From contig NC_007614.1 of NCBI RefSeq assembly GCF_000196355.1, positions 1,530,001-1,562,000 on the forward strand: a DNA stretch of 32,000 nt, given 5' to 3'. Below, in pieces: positions 8,341 to 18,162 of this stretch (position 1 is the stretch's first letter; each line of letters begins with the position of its first letter). The position numbers and the translations under genes were made by a program. The notes beneath the pieces are model-generated. The model saw nothing but the letters and a program-made list of their open reading frames with translations, was not told where the DNA came from and did no database searches. This DNA is from Nitrosospira multiformis ATCC 25196 (lineage in GTDB: Bacteria; Pseudomonadota; Gammaproteobacteria; Burkholderiales; Nitrosomonadaceae).

Positions 8341-8787
8341 ATGCCGAAAACTTCTGCGCTGGAAACCCTTATCGAACTGGCACAAACCCGCACGGATGAT
8401 GCGGCGCGAAGATTGGGGTTTCTGAACGCTCAAGGCCTGGACATGGAAGCCAAGCTGGTTTTGCTGACACAGTATTCGGATGAATACCAGTCCCGCTTTC
8501 GAGCTTCCATGCAGCAAGGCCTCACCGCGGCAGGATGGCGGAATTATCATGAATTCATCGACAAGCTCGACGCTGCGATTTCCCAGCAACAGGAGGCGCT
8601 GGCGCTCATGCGTCAGCGTGTCGCTGCCAGTGAGGCCGCGTGGCAATCGGAGCGGCGTGTTCTTAACTCTTATGGCACTCTGGCGCAGCGTCACAGGCAG
8701 ATTCAGCTGGCCCACCAGGCAAGGCGCGAGCAGCGGGAAACAGACGAGTGGGCGAACAGTGCGGCTATCCGGCCCGGCTCGACATAA
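8341..8787 (+). CDS. fliJ: Flagellar export protein FliJ
   Basis: 148-aa coiled-coil protein (LIELAQTRTDDAARRLG...YSDEYQSRF...WRNYHEFIDKLD). Position after fliI. Confidence 0.85.
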   Translation: MPKTSALETLIELAQTRTDDAARRLGFLNAQGLDMEAKLVLLTQYSDEYQSRFRASMQQGLTAAGWRNYHEFIDKLDAAISQQQEALALMRQRVAASEAAWQSERRVLNSYGTLAQRHRQIQLAHQARREQRETDEWANSAAIRPGST

Positions 8788-8840
8788 TTAAACCATACAA
8801 GATAATAAACTCCTGAAAAATCGAATTCCGAGGGCAGCCC

Positions 8841-10283
8841 ATGCTATCTGTACTATCTGTATCATCGAGCACCGCTTTGCATTCCGCCAAGGATAGTTTG
8901 ACCGAATCGAAAAGCGTTATCCAGAAATCGGATGCGTCCGATTTCCGCAAACTGCTTGCCGCCGGAGTGAACGGTGATGATGAAGCATCGGATACAGGCG
9001 CTAGCGATCCACAGACGGGCGCGACGGCGAATGCGATCGGAAACGGTCTGGGCATACCCGGGAATCGGTCCCTGAAAGATTCTGAAGATACGGACGCTGA
9101 GGCAGAGGCTGAGAAAGATCGCGGCAAAGAAGGGAATTTGACAGCTGAAATGCTGACCGGCGGATTCCAGTTCTCTCGTCCTGCCACGGCTACGGCAATG
9201 CCCGGTATCACAGATGCTTTACACCCCCCTGGTGCCGCCCGCACCTCGGATACCTTAACCGGAATTGAAACTCAGGTCCCTGCCGGCATGCCGGTCCCGC
9301 AGCAGCCTGACGCTGCCTTCGGCCAGAGGAATGTAAACGAGCTGCTCCGGTCTGCTGGCGGAGGGCTCATTTCGCCTGCATCGATAGGACACGAGGCGCA
9401 GGCTGGAGGAGACGCAAAGTCATCCGACCCCTCGGGACTGGCGATGGGAAAGACCATTGTCAGCGTAGGGCAGGGCATGGAAGCCGGAACTCACCCGAGT
9501 TCTGCTATTGCGCGGGACTTCCAGGAGGGACGGGCGGCTGCAGGCGTGAAACTACCCAAAGATATGAAGTTCACAGGAGTCGCGGTGGGCGAGATGTCTC
9601 GCTCGGCCTCCCCAGAGAGCAGGCCGGGGGGAATGTCCCGCAGCATTGGCGATTTCCTGCCGGATGTTTCACATCTGCATCCAGGCTCAACCGCAGGAAG
9701 CGATACCGATACTTCTTCGCTTCCCACATTAGCTGCATCCGTCGTGTCCCCCGAACTCCTGACCCCATCCCCCTCTCCAGGGCCTTTGACAGGCGAGCCA
9801 GGTATGGTACCCGGCACCGCAGATCTGCGCGATCCTTCCTTGCCCAAGCTGGAGCCGCGCCTGGGCACAGGCAGTTGGGATAATGCCCTGGGTCAGAGAG
9901 TACTCTGGATGGTATCTCACCAACATCAGATCGCCGAACTCAATCTGAACCCTGCTGATCTGGGACCGCTGCAAGTCGTTCTGTCCGTGAACAGCGATCA
10001 GGCCAGTGCAGCATTCGTATCCCAGAACCTTGAGGTTCGGCAGGCACTCGAAGCGGCGCTGCCCCGGCTGAAGGAAATGATGGCGGAAAGCGGAATCAAT
10101 CTGGGCAATGCAACAGTCAGCGACCAGGGATCCCGGCAGCAAGGAGATTTCGAAAGGCAAAATAGTGCAGGGCCTCATTATCGGCAGGGAGAAAGCCGGG
10201 TCGCCGCAGCAGGTGCAAGCTTCGGAATGGGCGGTGGCACTGCTGATATTCGCGGACACCAGCTCGTGGATACCTTTGCATAA
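8841..10283 (+). CDS. fliK: Flagellar hook-length control protein FliK
   Basis: 480 aa. Acidic and Pro/Ser-rich disordered N-terminal two thirds. Conserved C-terminal domain NLNPADLGPLQVVLSVNSDQASAAFVSQNLEVRQALEAALPRLKEMMAESGINLG. Confidence 0.85.
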   Translation: MLSVLSVSSSTALHSAKDSLTESKSVIQKSDASDFRKLLAAGVNGDDEASDTGASDPQTGATANAIGNGLGIPGNRSLKDSEDTDAEAEAEKDRGKEGNLTAEMLTGGFQFSRPATATAMPGITDALHPPGAARTSDTLTGIETQVPAGMPVPQQPDAAFGQRNVNELLRSAGGGLISPASIGHEAQAGGDAKSSDPSGLAMGKTIVSVGQGMEAGTHPSSAIARDFQEGRAAAGVKLPKDMKFTGVAVGEMSRSASPESRPGGMSRSIGDFLPDVSHLHPGSTAGSDTDTSSLPTLAASVVSPELLTPSPSPGPLTGEPGMVPGTADLRDPSLPKLEPRLGTGSWDNALGQRVLWMVSHQHQIAELNLNPADLGPLQVVLSVNSDQASAAFVSQNLEVRQALEAALPRLKEMMAESGINLGNATVSDQGSRQQGDFERQNSAGPHYRQGESRVAAAGASFGMGGGTADIRGHQLVDTFA

Positions 10284-10459
10284 TTTTGGGGCGGCTTGTA
10301 ACCAAGCCAGGTATAGAGTTTCTATTTGTGACGTTGGAGACTGCAATCTCCAAATTTCGAGATAACCTGTTTTTTCCCGTTTGTTTCTCACATTGAAGGC
10401 AGGGCATCAGTTCAATAATGCCTCCTGCGTGAGGGTAAAACGGCTAACAGAGCACAACC

Positions 10460-10960
10460 ATGTCAGTCAGACCAAATAAGCAAAGTAAAGATCCGAGGGA
10501 AGTGAAATTGGAGCAGAAATCAGGGAAAGGCAAGCTCGTTCTGATTATCACGGCGTGCGCCCTATTGCTGGGAGCAGGAGGCGGCGGTGCAGGATGGTAT
10601 TTCAGCCAGGTCTACAATGGGACAGGCGCGTTGCCGAAGCCTAAACCTCCTGTGTTTCTCAATCTGGAAACCTTTACTGTCAATCTCCAGCCGGAGCACA
10701 GCGAGCAGCATCTCCAAACCAGCCTTACCTTGAAGGTCGAAGACGAAAGTGTGGTGAATTTAATCAAATTGCATATGCCGGAAGTACGCAACCGCGTGTT
10801 GCTGCTACTTTCGGGCAAGACAGCCACGCAGATTTCGAGTATCGAGGGAAAAAAGAAGCTCGCCTCTGAACTCACTGCCGAGATAAATCACCAGTTCAGC
10901 GAGGAGCGTGTGACAGGATCGGTTGAGAACGTGCTTTTTACTTCGTTCGTGATTCAGTAG
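10460..10960 (+). CDS. fliL: Flagellar basal body-associated protein FliL
   Basis: 166 aa with a single N-terminal TM (LVLIITACALLLGAGGGG). FliL core LNLETFTVNLQPE...LQTSLTLKVEDESV...LHMPEVRNRVLLLL. Confidence 0.85.
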   Translation: MSVRPNKQSKDPREVKLEQKSGKGKLVLIITACALLLGAGGGGAGWYFSQVYNGTGALPKPKPPVFLNLETFTVNLQPEHSEQHLQTSLTLKVEDESVVNLIKLHMPEVRNRVLLLLSGKTATQISSIEGKKKLASELTAEINHQFSEERVTGSVENVLFTSFVIQ

Positions 10961-10964
10961 CTCC

Positions 10965-11945
10965 ATGAGAGAGGATTTCCTTTCGCGCGAGGAGGTGGAT
11001 GCTCTTCTCAGGGGAGTGAGCAGTGGATCCACGACAAGCGAACAGAGTACGGCTAATCCCGGTTTCCGCCCCTATAACCTTGCGACACAGGAACGCATCG
11101 TACGGGGGCGCATGCCCACCCTCGAAATCATCAATGAGCGTTTTGCGCGCCTCCTGCGCCTCGGACTGTTCAATTTCATGCGCCGCAGCGCAAATGTCAC
11201 CGCGGGACCGGTAAGGGTTATGAAATTCAGCGAATTCGTGCGCAACCTCGCTGCACCAAGCAACCTGAATCTCGTGCATATAAAACCTTTGCGCGGCACC
11301 TCGCTATTTGTATTCGACCCGACACTGGTATTTCTTGTGGTTGACAACCTGTTCGGCGGCGATGGGCGCTTTCTTCCCAAGACTGAAGGCCGCGATTTCA
11401 CTCAGACCGAGCAGCGCATCATCCAGCGCTTGCTCAACCTGGTCTTCGACAGCTATGGCAAGTCCTGGCATCCGGTTTATCCGATCGAGTTTGAGTATCT
11501 GCGGGCAGAAACGAATACCCAGTTTGCCAATGTTGCGACACCGAATGAGGTCGTGGTTGCCACCACCTTCGAGGTCAATTTTGGTTCCGTAGTAGGGGAG
11601 ATGCACATCTGCATGCCTTATTCCATTCTCGAACCGATCCGCGATCTGCTGTCGAGCACTTTGCAAGGTGAGGCATTGGAGGTAGATAAACGCTGGGTCG
11701 GTCGCCTCTCAAAACAGGTGCAGTCGGCTGAAGTGACACTACTCGCAAATCTGACGCATGCCCAGGTAAGACTCGATCAGATCCTGAATATGAAGGTTGG
11801 GGATGTTATTCCCTTGGATATTCCGGAATTCGTTACTGCAAGCGTGGATGGGGTACCGGTCATGGAATGCAAATACGGAATTTCGAATGGGCGCTACGCT
11901 TTGCGTATGGAGAAAATGCTCGCTTCCGGGAACAGTAATGAGTGA
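10965..11945 (+). CDS. fliM: Flagellar motor switch protein FliM
   Basis: 326 aa. N-terminal LSREEVDALL (CheY-P-binding-type motif). FliM middle domain and C-terminal SpoA-like domain. Confidence 0.95.
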   Translation: MREDFLSREEVDALLRGVSSGSTTSEQSTANPGFRPYNLATQERIVRGRMPTLEIINERFARLLRLGLFNFMRRSANVTAGPVRVMKFSEFVRNLAAPSNLNLVHIKPLRGTSLFVFDPTLVFLVVDNLFGGDGRFLPKTEGRDFTQTEQRIIQRLLNLVFDSYGKSWHPVYPIEFEYLRAETNTQFANVATPNEVVVATTFEVNFGSVVGEMHICMPYSILEPIRDLLSSTLQGEALEVDKRWVGRLSKQVQSAEVTLLANLTHAQVRLDQILNMKVGDVIPLDIPEFVTASVDGVPVMECKYGISNGRYALRMEKMLASGNSNE

Positions 11946-12393
11946 AGTTGAACGCCGCGATCTGTCCAGGCGGCCCTTTGTGAATAAAACTGAGGAGATG
12001 AAAGTGTCTGTAACACCAGCCAATTCCGCAGCTCGAACGCCGGCGGATCAGGATGAGACAATTGGGGCCGGGGAGACTGGCTCGGGGCAGATATTCGAGC
12101 AATTCCAGAATACCCAGAAGGTACAGATCCAGAATGACATTGATCTAGTCATGGATATACCCGTTCAACTCACTGTGCAGTTGGGGCGCACCAAAATCGC
12201 CATCAAGAACCTGTTGCAATTGGCGCAGGGTTCCGTGGTGGAGCTGGATGGGCTGGCGGGAGAACCGATGGATGTTCTGGTAAACGGTTATCTGATTGCT
12301 CAAGGCGAAGTTGTGGTAGTCAATGAGAAGTTTGGCATACGTCTGACCGATATCATCACGCCGAGTGAACGGATACGCAAATTAAACCGCTAA
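11938..12393 (+). CDS. fliN: Flagellar motor switch protein FliN
   Basis: The ATG at 11938 overlaps the fliM stop (ATGA). C-terminal SpoA domain IDLVMDIPVQLTVQLGRTKIAIKNLLQLAQGSVVELD...VNGYLIAQGEVVVVNEKFGIRLTDI. Alternative starts are 11998 and 12004. Confidence 0.9.
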   Translation: MSEVERRDLSRRPFVNKTEEMKVSVTPANSAARTPADQDETIGAGETGSGQIFEQFQNTQKVQIQNDIDLVMDIPVQLTVQLGRTKIAIKNLLQLAQGSVVELDGLAGEPMDVLVNGYLIAQGEVVVVNEKFGIRLTDIITPSERIRKLNR

Positions 12394-12395
12394 TC

Positions 12396-12875
12396 ATGAA
12401 AAGAAAACATCAGAACCCGTTTTTGCCCCGGGCGGTGCTCCGTAATTCTCTTTTAGCGGCAGCGCTCTGGCATTTCGCCTCGCCGGCCATGGCGGTCGGG
12501 GCGAGCGACGGCACCGTTACTTCCAGTGGCAGTCCCTTCCAGGTCATGCTCGGCTTGGGAGTGGTGCTTGCAGTGATCGCGGGGTGCGCGTGGCTGCTCA
12601 AGCGCATGGGTGGAGTATACAGGGGTCATGCAGGAGTGGTCCGGATAATCGGGGGATCGGCGGTGGGGCAACGCGAGCGCGTCGTTGTAGTCGAAGTGGC
12701 CGAGACCTGGCTTGTCGTGGGGGTCGCACCCGGGCATGTAACGGTATTGCATAACATGCCCAAAGGCGATATTGGCGCAAGCATGCTTCATGTTTCCGGG
12801 GCGTCAGGGCATGTTGAAAAAGATTCGAATTTTTCAGGCTGGCTGAAGCGGCTGGCAGAAAAGCATGGCGAATAG
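12396..12875 (+). CDS. fliO: Flagellar biosynthesis protein FliO
   Basis: 159 aa with a single TM ([21 protein letters not shown]). Motif [11 protein letters not shown]...WLVVGVAPG. Position between fliN and fliP. Confidence 0.7.
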   Translation: MKRKHQNPFLPRAVLRNSLLAAALWHFASPAMAVGASDGTVTSSGSPFQVMLGLGVVLAVIAGCAWLLKRMGGVYRGHAGVVRIIGGSAVGQRERVVVVEVAETWLVVGVAPGHVTVLHNMPKGDIGASMLHVSGASGHVEKDSNFSGWLKRLAEKHGE

Positions 12876-13653
12876 CATGTCAGATAAAAAATTCCGATCC
12901 AGCACACATATTGCCTACGGGATAGTGGCCGCAGTCCTGTTGCTGACTACGCCTGTGGTTGCGCTGGCACAGGCAAAGGGAGGATTTCCTGCCTTTAGCA
13001 GTACGCCCGCACCCCGGGGTGGACAAACTTACTCATTGAGCCTGCAAACACTGCTGCTGCTCACATCGCTGACATTTCTGCCGGCGGTGCTCCTGATGAT
13101 GACGGGTTTTACCCGCGTCATCATCGTCCTTTCGCTGCTGCGGCAGGCCCTCGGCACCCAATCCTCGCCCCCCAATCAGGTGCTCGTCGGATTGGCGCTG
13201 TTCCTGACTTTTTTCGTCATGAGTCCGGTATTCGACAAGATTTATCAGGACGCATACCAACCTTATGTGGAAAACAGGATGACGATGGAGCAGGCATTGG
13301 AGAAGGGCGCCGTACCGCTCAAAGCTTTCATGCTGAAACAAACTCGGGAGACCGATCTTGCGCTGTTCGTCAAACTCTCGGGCAGGCCGCAGCTGAACGG
13401 ACCGGAAGAAGTATCCCTTCGGGTGCTCGTTCCGGCCTTTGTTACCAGCGAGTTGAAAACCGCATTTCAAATCGGTTTCGCAGTATTCATTCCTTTTCTG
13501 ATTATTGACATGGTCGTGGCATCGGTGCTCATGTCGATGGGAATGATGATGGTATCGCCAGCGCTTGTTGCACTGCCTTTCAAGATCATGCTCTTCGTGC
13601 TGGTCGACGGATGGCATATGCTGATCGGTTCGCTGGCAGAGAGCTTTTATTAA
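12865..13653 (+). CDS. fliP: Flagellar export apparatus protein FliP
   Basis: 262 aa with a signal-like N-terminus. Conserved [33 protein letters not shown] and [19 protein letters not shown]. Overlaps the fliO 3' end; an alternative ATG is at 12877. Confidence 0.95.
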   Translation: MANSMSDKKFRSSTHIAYGIVAAVLLLTTPVVALAQAKGGFPAFSSTPAPRGGQTYSLSLQTLLLLTSLTFLPAVLLMMTGFTRVIIVLSLLRQALGTQSSPPNQVLVGLALFLTFFVMSPVFDKIYQDAYQPYVENRMTMEQALEKGAVPLKAFMLKQTRETDLALFVKLSGRPQLNGPEEVSLRVLVPAFVTSELKTAFQIGFAVFIPFLIIDMVVASVLMSMGMMMVSPALVALPFKIMLFVLVDGWHMLIGSLAESFY

Positions 13654-13698
13654 GGATGCAACATATTTATTCACCGGACGAGATGACGGAAAAAAACC

Positions 13699-13968
13699 AT
13701 GACACCTGAAAGCGTAATGACACTCGGCCAGAAAGCAATGGAAGTTACCTTGATGGTTTCCGCTCCCTTGTTACTGGCCGCACTCGCCACCGGATTGCTG
13801 GTCAGCATCTTTCAGGCTGCTACCCAGATCAATGAGATGACTCTGTCTTTCATTCCCAAACTCGTGGTCCTGTTTGCCATGCTGGTGCTTGCAGGCCCGT
13901 GGATGCTTTCGGTGCTGCTCGACTATATGAGGCAGGTGCTGGAAGGAATTCCCGGAGTGATCGGATAG
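13699..13968 (+). CDS. fliQ: Flagellar export apparatus protein FliQ
   Basis: 89 aa with two TM segments. FQAATQINEMTLSFIPKL is the FliQ/SctS signature. Confidence 0.95.
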   Translation: MTPESVMTLGQKAMEVTLMVSAPLLLAALATGLLVSIFQAATQINEMTLSFIPKLVVLFAMLVLAGPWMLSVLLDYMRQVLEGIPGVIG

Positions 13969-14078
13969 TTGTCAGAACTATCCGGAAAAGATAGACAAAA
14001 GCGGCATCTTGCTTGTCACATCCCGCCCTCCAGTGCTTCCTGGATCAGAGAGATAAAGCGGAATTTCATTATTGTTAA

Positions 14079-14861
14079 ATGATCACGCTCAGCTCGGTCG
14101 ACCTCAATGCGTGGCTCATTTCCTTTTTCTGGCCTGCTGCCCGTATTCTGGCGCTCCTTTCGGTAGCGCCGGTATTGGGAAATCTTGCAGTTCCTGTCAG
14201 GGTGAAAGTGGGATTGGGTGTCCTCGTCGCACTGGTCGTGGCGCCCACCCTCGAATCGGTGCCAAAGATCGAGTTGGCGTCGGCTCCCGGCCTGCTGGTC
14301 CTCGGTCAGCAGATCATGATCGGCCTGGCAATGGGCTTTGCCATGCGCATCATCTTCAGCGCGATTGAATTGGCGGGAGAAATTGCAGGCTTGCAGATGG
14401 GCTTGGGGTTTGCTACGTTCTTTACGCCTCACAGCGATGGCAGCAGTCTTGTTCTGGGACGTTTCCTGGGTCTGCTGGGAACGCTCGCATTTTTATCATT
14501 CAACGGCCATCTGTTGATGCTGTCTGCGCTGATCGACAGCTTCAACGCCTTCCCAATCTCCACCGAACCCTTTTCAAATATGGGATGGAAAAGGCTGGCG
14601 GAATGGGGGAGTGTTATTTTTAGCGTCGGGCTGCAACTTGCGTTGCCAGTGGTCGCCGCATTATTGATTGTCAACCTCGCGCTCGGCATTCTGACTCGCG
14701 CGTCGCCCCAACTGAACATCTTCGCGGTTGGTTTTCCAATTACCCTGATGATTGGAATGTCAGCGCTCATGCTGTCGCTTCCGCATTTTACCCCGGTGCT
14801 CGAGCGATTAATCACTGACGGATTGCAAACGACGCTCGAGGTGACGCAAAACGCCCGTTGA
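14079..14861 (+). CDS. fliR: Flagellar export apparatus protein FliR
   Basis: 260-aa polytopic membrane protein with FliR/SctT-like sequence (FFWPAARILALLSVAPVLG...GLQMGLGFATFF...). Last gene of the fliL-R block. Confidence 0.95.
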   Translation: MITLSSVDLNAWLISFFWPAARILALLSVAPVLGNLAVPVRVKVGLGVLVALVVAPTLESVPKIELASAPGLLVLGQQIMIGLAMGFAMRIIFSAIELAGEIAGLQMGLGFATFFTPHSDGSSLVLGRFLGLLGTLAFLSFNGHLLMLSALIDSFNAFPISTEPFSNMGWKRLAEWGSVIFSVGLQLALPVVAALLIVNLALGILTRASPQLNIFAVGFPITLMIGMSALMLSLPHFTPVLERLITDGLQTTLEVTQNAR

Positions 14862-14863
14862 GC

Positions 14864-15655
14864 TCAGCGGCTTACCTTACGACGAACGAAGGCCAGGCTG
14901 GCAAGACCTATACCGAGCAGGGCCAGGGAATCTGATTCCGGAAGCTCATTGATTGCAACGATAACGCTTCCCTCAGCAGGGTCTGTAAGATCGAGAAGTT
15001 CGAGACTTGATTCTGTTCCTTTCTTGGTTTTTTTGGGAAAGGATACATCTCCTATGGCTTGGATAAGACCCAGGCCGCTTGAGAAATCTGAGGATATCTG
15101 CTCAGTTCCGAGCAAGTTCCCGCGTCCATCTGCCGACAGGAAGCGTCCTGTCCCGCCTGTTATATCGAAGAAAGAATTCTTCAGCGTATATATGGATGGA
15201 GTGAGGGTAGGAACGAAGCGTCCCCCGTAATCGGCAAAAATCTCGTCTCCACTGAGCAGGGTAAATGTCATTTTACCTTGAAAGGAAAAATAACTGAAAT
15301 CTGCCGCGGGCATGATGCAGTCCCTGGCTGCGAGGGAAACTGCGCCGAAAGATGAAATTCCACTGCCGGAGATCGAGCCTCCCATATGGGAGGCGCATCC
15401 AGCATCAAGACCGATCTGCTCCTGTATGATTGCGCTTACCGAGAAAAGTGCTGCCTCGGGGCCAGAAACGGGCGCAAGCGTAGCCATGCCGGCGGTGACT
15501 GAAGCTATAGAGCGCTTTATCAGCGTTGTGCGAGCTACTTTCAATTTAAGGTCCTTTAATAATGATTGGCGTATCAATTGTTGAAATCTTACGCCAAAGA
15601 GAAGGTAAAAATTCGGACATGTCGCCAATCTATAATGCGCGACTTTCTGCGTCAA
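14864..15655 (-). CDS. PEP-CTERM-anchored secreted protein of unknown function
   Basis: The C-terminus LPESDSLALLGIGLASLAFVRRKVSR has the PEP-CTERM layout: a PEx motif, a hydrophobic helix and a basic tail. The likely true start is TTG at 15544 (AAAGGA upstream), which gives signal peptide MKVARTTLIKRSIASVTAGMATLAPVSG. Convergent with fliR, 2 nt apart. Confidence 0.75.
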   Translation of the reverse strand: MTQKVAHYRLATCPNFYLLFGVRFQQLIRQSLLKDLKLKVARTTLIKRSIASVTAGMATLAPVSGPEAALFSVSAIIQEQIGLDAGCASHMGGSISGSGISSFGAVSLAARDCIMPAADFSYFSFQGKMTFTLLSGDEIFADYGGRFVPTLTPSIYTLKNSFFDITGGTGRFLSADGRGNLLGTEQISSDFSSGLGLIQAIGDVSFPKKTKKGTESSLELLDLTDPAEGSVIVAINELPESDSLALLGIGLASLAFVRRKVSR

Positions 15656-15873
15656 CCTTCTGATTGGAAATAGTCACTCTAACGCCATATTTCAGCCTGT
15701 TGGTTATTTGGGCTGATTACAACGGAGTAAAGCGAGTTCCGAACAAATCAAGTAAACTGGCATGCGGGAGTAACCCGGAAACAATGGTATGGCAGACTGC
15801 GACGTCCGCCTCCTGGCCGCTCTTCACACTCGAGCTTGGCGAGATAATTCATTTAAATATAGGGGAATTTCTG

Positions 15874-16428
15874 TTGATTAAAAACAATTATATGTTCTCC
15901 ATGGCAATATCGGTCCTGATTGCAGCTGCTGGACAGGCGGACGCTGCTTCATGCCCCGCAGGTACAGCTGCTGCCGCAGCCAAGGGTAAAATATCCAACA
16001 ATATTGTCAGCGACGCCGGTATCGTTGTCGGCGCTGCACACCTTGAAGTTGGCGGCGCCAAAGTTAAATGCGGCCTCCTGGGCAACGGTGGCGTTGGCTC
16101 CGACGGCTCGACCCACTTCGTACAAACACTGGTGTGCGATGACAGTATTCCGGTAACAAACCCTGTGACCGGCCAGAGGGAAACTGTCCATTCCCAGATT
16201 ACCTTTAATACTACCGGTACCGGCGTATTCCAGGCGTGCAATCCCAGTAATCCCCTCGGAGGCTCGTATGGGACATTCCAGGAAACCTCGGTCCCCGTAC
16301 CCGGAACCGGGCGGGGGATGTTTCAGGGTGTCACTGCGGGTAGAATCGCAATTGACGGCCGCATAAATTGCCAATTTTCAATTGACGTGAAATTCCAGGG
16401 CGAGATTTGTATGCCCCATCAGAAGTAA
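15874..16428 (+). CDS. Secreted Cys-containing hypothetical protein
   Basis: Signal peptide ...MFSMAISVLIAAAGQADA/AS. Seven Cys residues after the predicted signal-peptide cleavage site. AGGGGA lies 7 nt upstream of TTG 15874; alternative ATGs are 15892 and 15901. The ORF-track start at 15664 adds an implausible extension. Confidence 0.55.
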   Translation: MIKNNYMFSMAISVLIAAAGQADAASCPAGTAAAAAKGKISNNIVSDAGIVVGAAHLEVGGAKVKCGLLGNGGVGSDGSTHFVQTLVCDDSIPVTNPVTGQRETVHSQITFNTTGTGVFQACNPSNPLGGSYGTFQETSVPVPGTGRGMFQGVTAGRIAIDGRINCQFSIDVKFQGEICMPHQK

Positions 16429-16651
16429 TCTTGGGATGGGGTCGCGTAGTCTTTTGAGGAGATATCTTTGTGGGACATAACGGGAGTGTGTGATTTCCAC
16501 TGGAAAGCGCAACCGGGTGACGGGGACGCGATGACCGAGAACCCTGTTCGCCAGTAGGTATGGGACACGGGACTTTAGATGATTCCACCCGGTTATTGGT
16601 AAGAAAATTTCGGGCGAGGCGGGCAAGGTCACCTTCAAGTGTGGAAGATTT

Positions 16652-17845
16652 TCAGCCCAGCAGCCTTGCCATGCGTCCTAGCGCACCTTCCAGGTTGGAC
16701 ATTGCGGTGGCAAAGGAGAGCCTGATGTAACCTTCGCTCCCAAAAGCGGAGCCTGGCACCACCGCGACCCCCCCCTGTTCCAGCAGATATTCGCTAAAGG
16801 CGATATCGCTGCGATCCTTGATCATCCCATTACCGTGCAAACGTGCGATTGCTTCCCGTGCATCGGCAAATGCGTAGAATGCTCCTTCGGACAGCAGGCA
16901 ACGGATGCCGGCGATACCATTGAGGGCATCAGTCACGAAACGGTTCCGCTGCCGGAACGCTTCCACCATCGGGGTGATACAGGATTGATCGCCATTCAGC
17001 GCTGTTTCAGCCGCGACCTGGGAAATAGAGGCAGGGTTTGAAGTGCTCTGCGACTGGACATTCTCCATTGCGGTAATGATGTGAGCGGGACCCGCGCAAT
17101 AACCGATCCGCCAGCCTGTCATGGCATATGCCTTGGAAACCCCGTTGAGCACCACCGTGCGGGGATACAGGGCTGGACAGGCATTCAGAATATTGACGAA
17201 CTTGCCCTCCGATAGCAGGATGTGTTCGTACATGTCATCCGTGGCAATCAGGATATGGGGATGTCCGAGTAGAACTTCTCCCAATGCCTTGAGTTCGTCC
17301 AGCGTGTAGACACCGCCAGAGGGGTTGCTGGGGCTGTTGATGACGAACATCCGGGTTTTCGGCGTAATGGCTCGCTCGAGCTGAGCCGCTGTAATTTTGA
17401 AACCCTGCTCGATACCCGCCTCGACAATGACCGGCTTGCCTTCGGCGATCAGGACGATGTCAGGATAAGAGACCCAGTAGGGCGCCGGTATGATGACCTC
17501 ATCCCCAGGATTGATGACAGACAGTGTGAGATTGAAAAAGCTTTGCTTGCCTCCGCATGAAACCAGAATTTGTCCCGCAGTATAGTCGAAGCCGTTTTCG
17601 CGCTTGAACTTGGCGATGATCGCATTCTTGAGGCCGGGTGTTCCACCGACAGCCGTATATTTCGTAAAACCGCGCTGAATCGCGGCAACCGCGGCATCCT
17701 TGATGTGCTGGGGGGTATCGAAATCGGGCTCGCCGGCGCCCAGTCCAATAATATCCTTGCCTTCCGCTTTCAGGCGTGCTGCTCGGGCAGTGACAGCCAG
17801 AGTAGGGGAGGGCTTGATGGCCTGAACGCGCTTTGAGAGTTCCAC
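16652..17845 (-). CDS. Class-I pyridoxal-phosphate aminotransferase (aspartate/aromatic or prephenate type)
   Basis: 397 aa. PLP-lysine motif SKAYAMTGWRIGY, plus NSPSNPSGGVY and GAGEPDFDTP. GTG start with AAGGA 7 nt upstream. Confidence 0.95.
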   Translation of the reverse strand: MELSKRVQAIKPSPTLAVTARAARLKAEGKDIIGLGAGEPDFDTPQHIKDAAVAAIQRGFTKYTAVGGTPGLKNAIIAKFKRENGFDYTAGQILVSCGGKQSFFNLTLSVINPGDEVIIPAPYWVSYPDIVLIAEGKPVIVEAGIEQGFKITAAQLERAITPKTRMFVINSPSNPSGGVYTLDELKALGEVLLGHPHILIATDDMYEHILLSEGKFVNILNACPALYPRTVVLNGVSKAYAMTGWRIGYCAGPAHIITAMENVQSQSTSNPASISQVAAETALNGDQSCITPMVEAFRQRNRFVTDALNGIAGIRCLLSEGAFYAFADAREAIARLHGNGMIKDRSDIAFSEYLLEQGGVAVVPGSAFGSEGYIRLSFATAMSNLEGALGRMARLLG

Positions 17846-18162
17846 AATAATGTCCTTATGCTAATGGCACTTGTGCTGCGTGATAAAATCAGCCATCAAG
17901 TCGCGGGTGATGCTGCATGCGGTGGTTGGAGGAGATGAAAAAAACGCCTGATGAGGCTTGAGATTTGAAACAGGATGAAGTGGAGCGGGGTAACCGGTTC
18001 TCTCTTGCAATCCCCGGATAGCTCCATCCGACCTGTTGCACCGCGCATACTTGCGAAAAATACGCACTCCACTTCTCCAGTTTGACGAGGGGCCAGGCGA
18101 AGCAGAAACAATGCTGCAAGTCATGGAATTAACTGAAAAACAGTAGACAACGATGGATTTGG

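Noticed and set aside
15664-15873. The N-terminal 70-aa extension of the ORF-track call 15664..16428
   Set aside because: The extension begins at a TTG with no SD and precedes an obvious signal peptide that should be N-terminal. A start at 15874, 15892 or 15901 is more plausible.
17863-17878. Near-consensus sigma54 element TGGCAC-N5-CTGC on the + strand next to the aminotransferase start
   Set aside because: A match of this quality is expected about once by chance in 64 kb of two-strand sequence. It points toward uvrB, about 295 nt away, which has no known sigma54 dependence, and no other + strand gene lies between. I kept it only as a note.
18132-18144. ACTG-N5-CAGT palindrome upstream of uvrB (possible LexA/SOS box)
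   Set aside because: The beta/gammaproteobacterial SOS box is CTGT-N8-ACAG (CTG-N10-CAG). The spacing here is 5 nt, so it does not fit.
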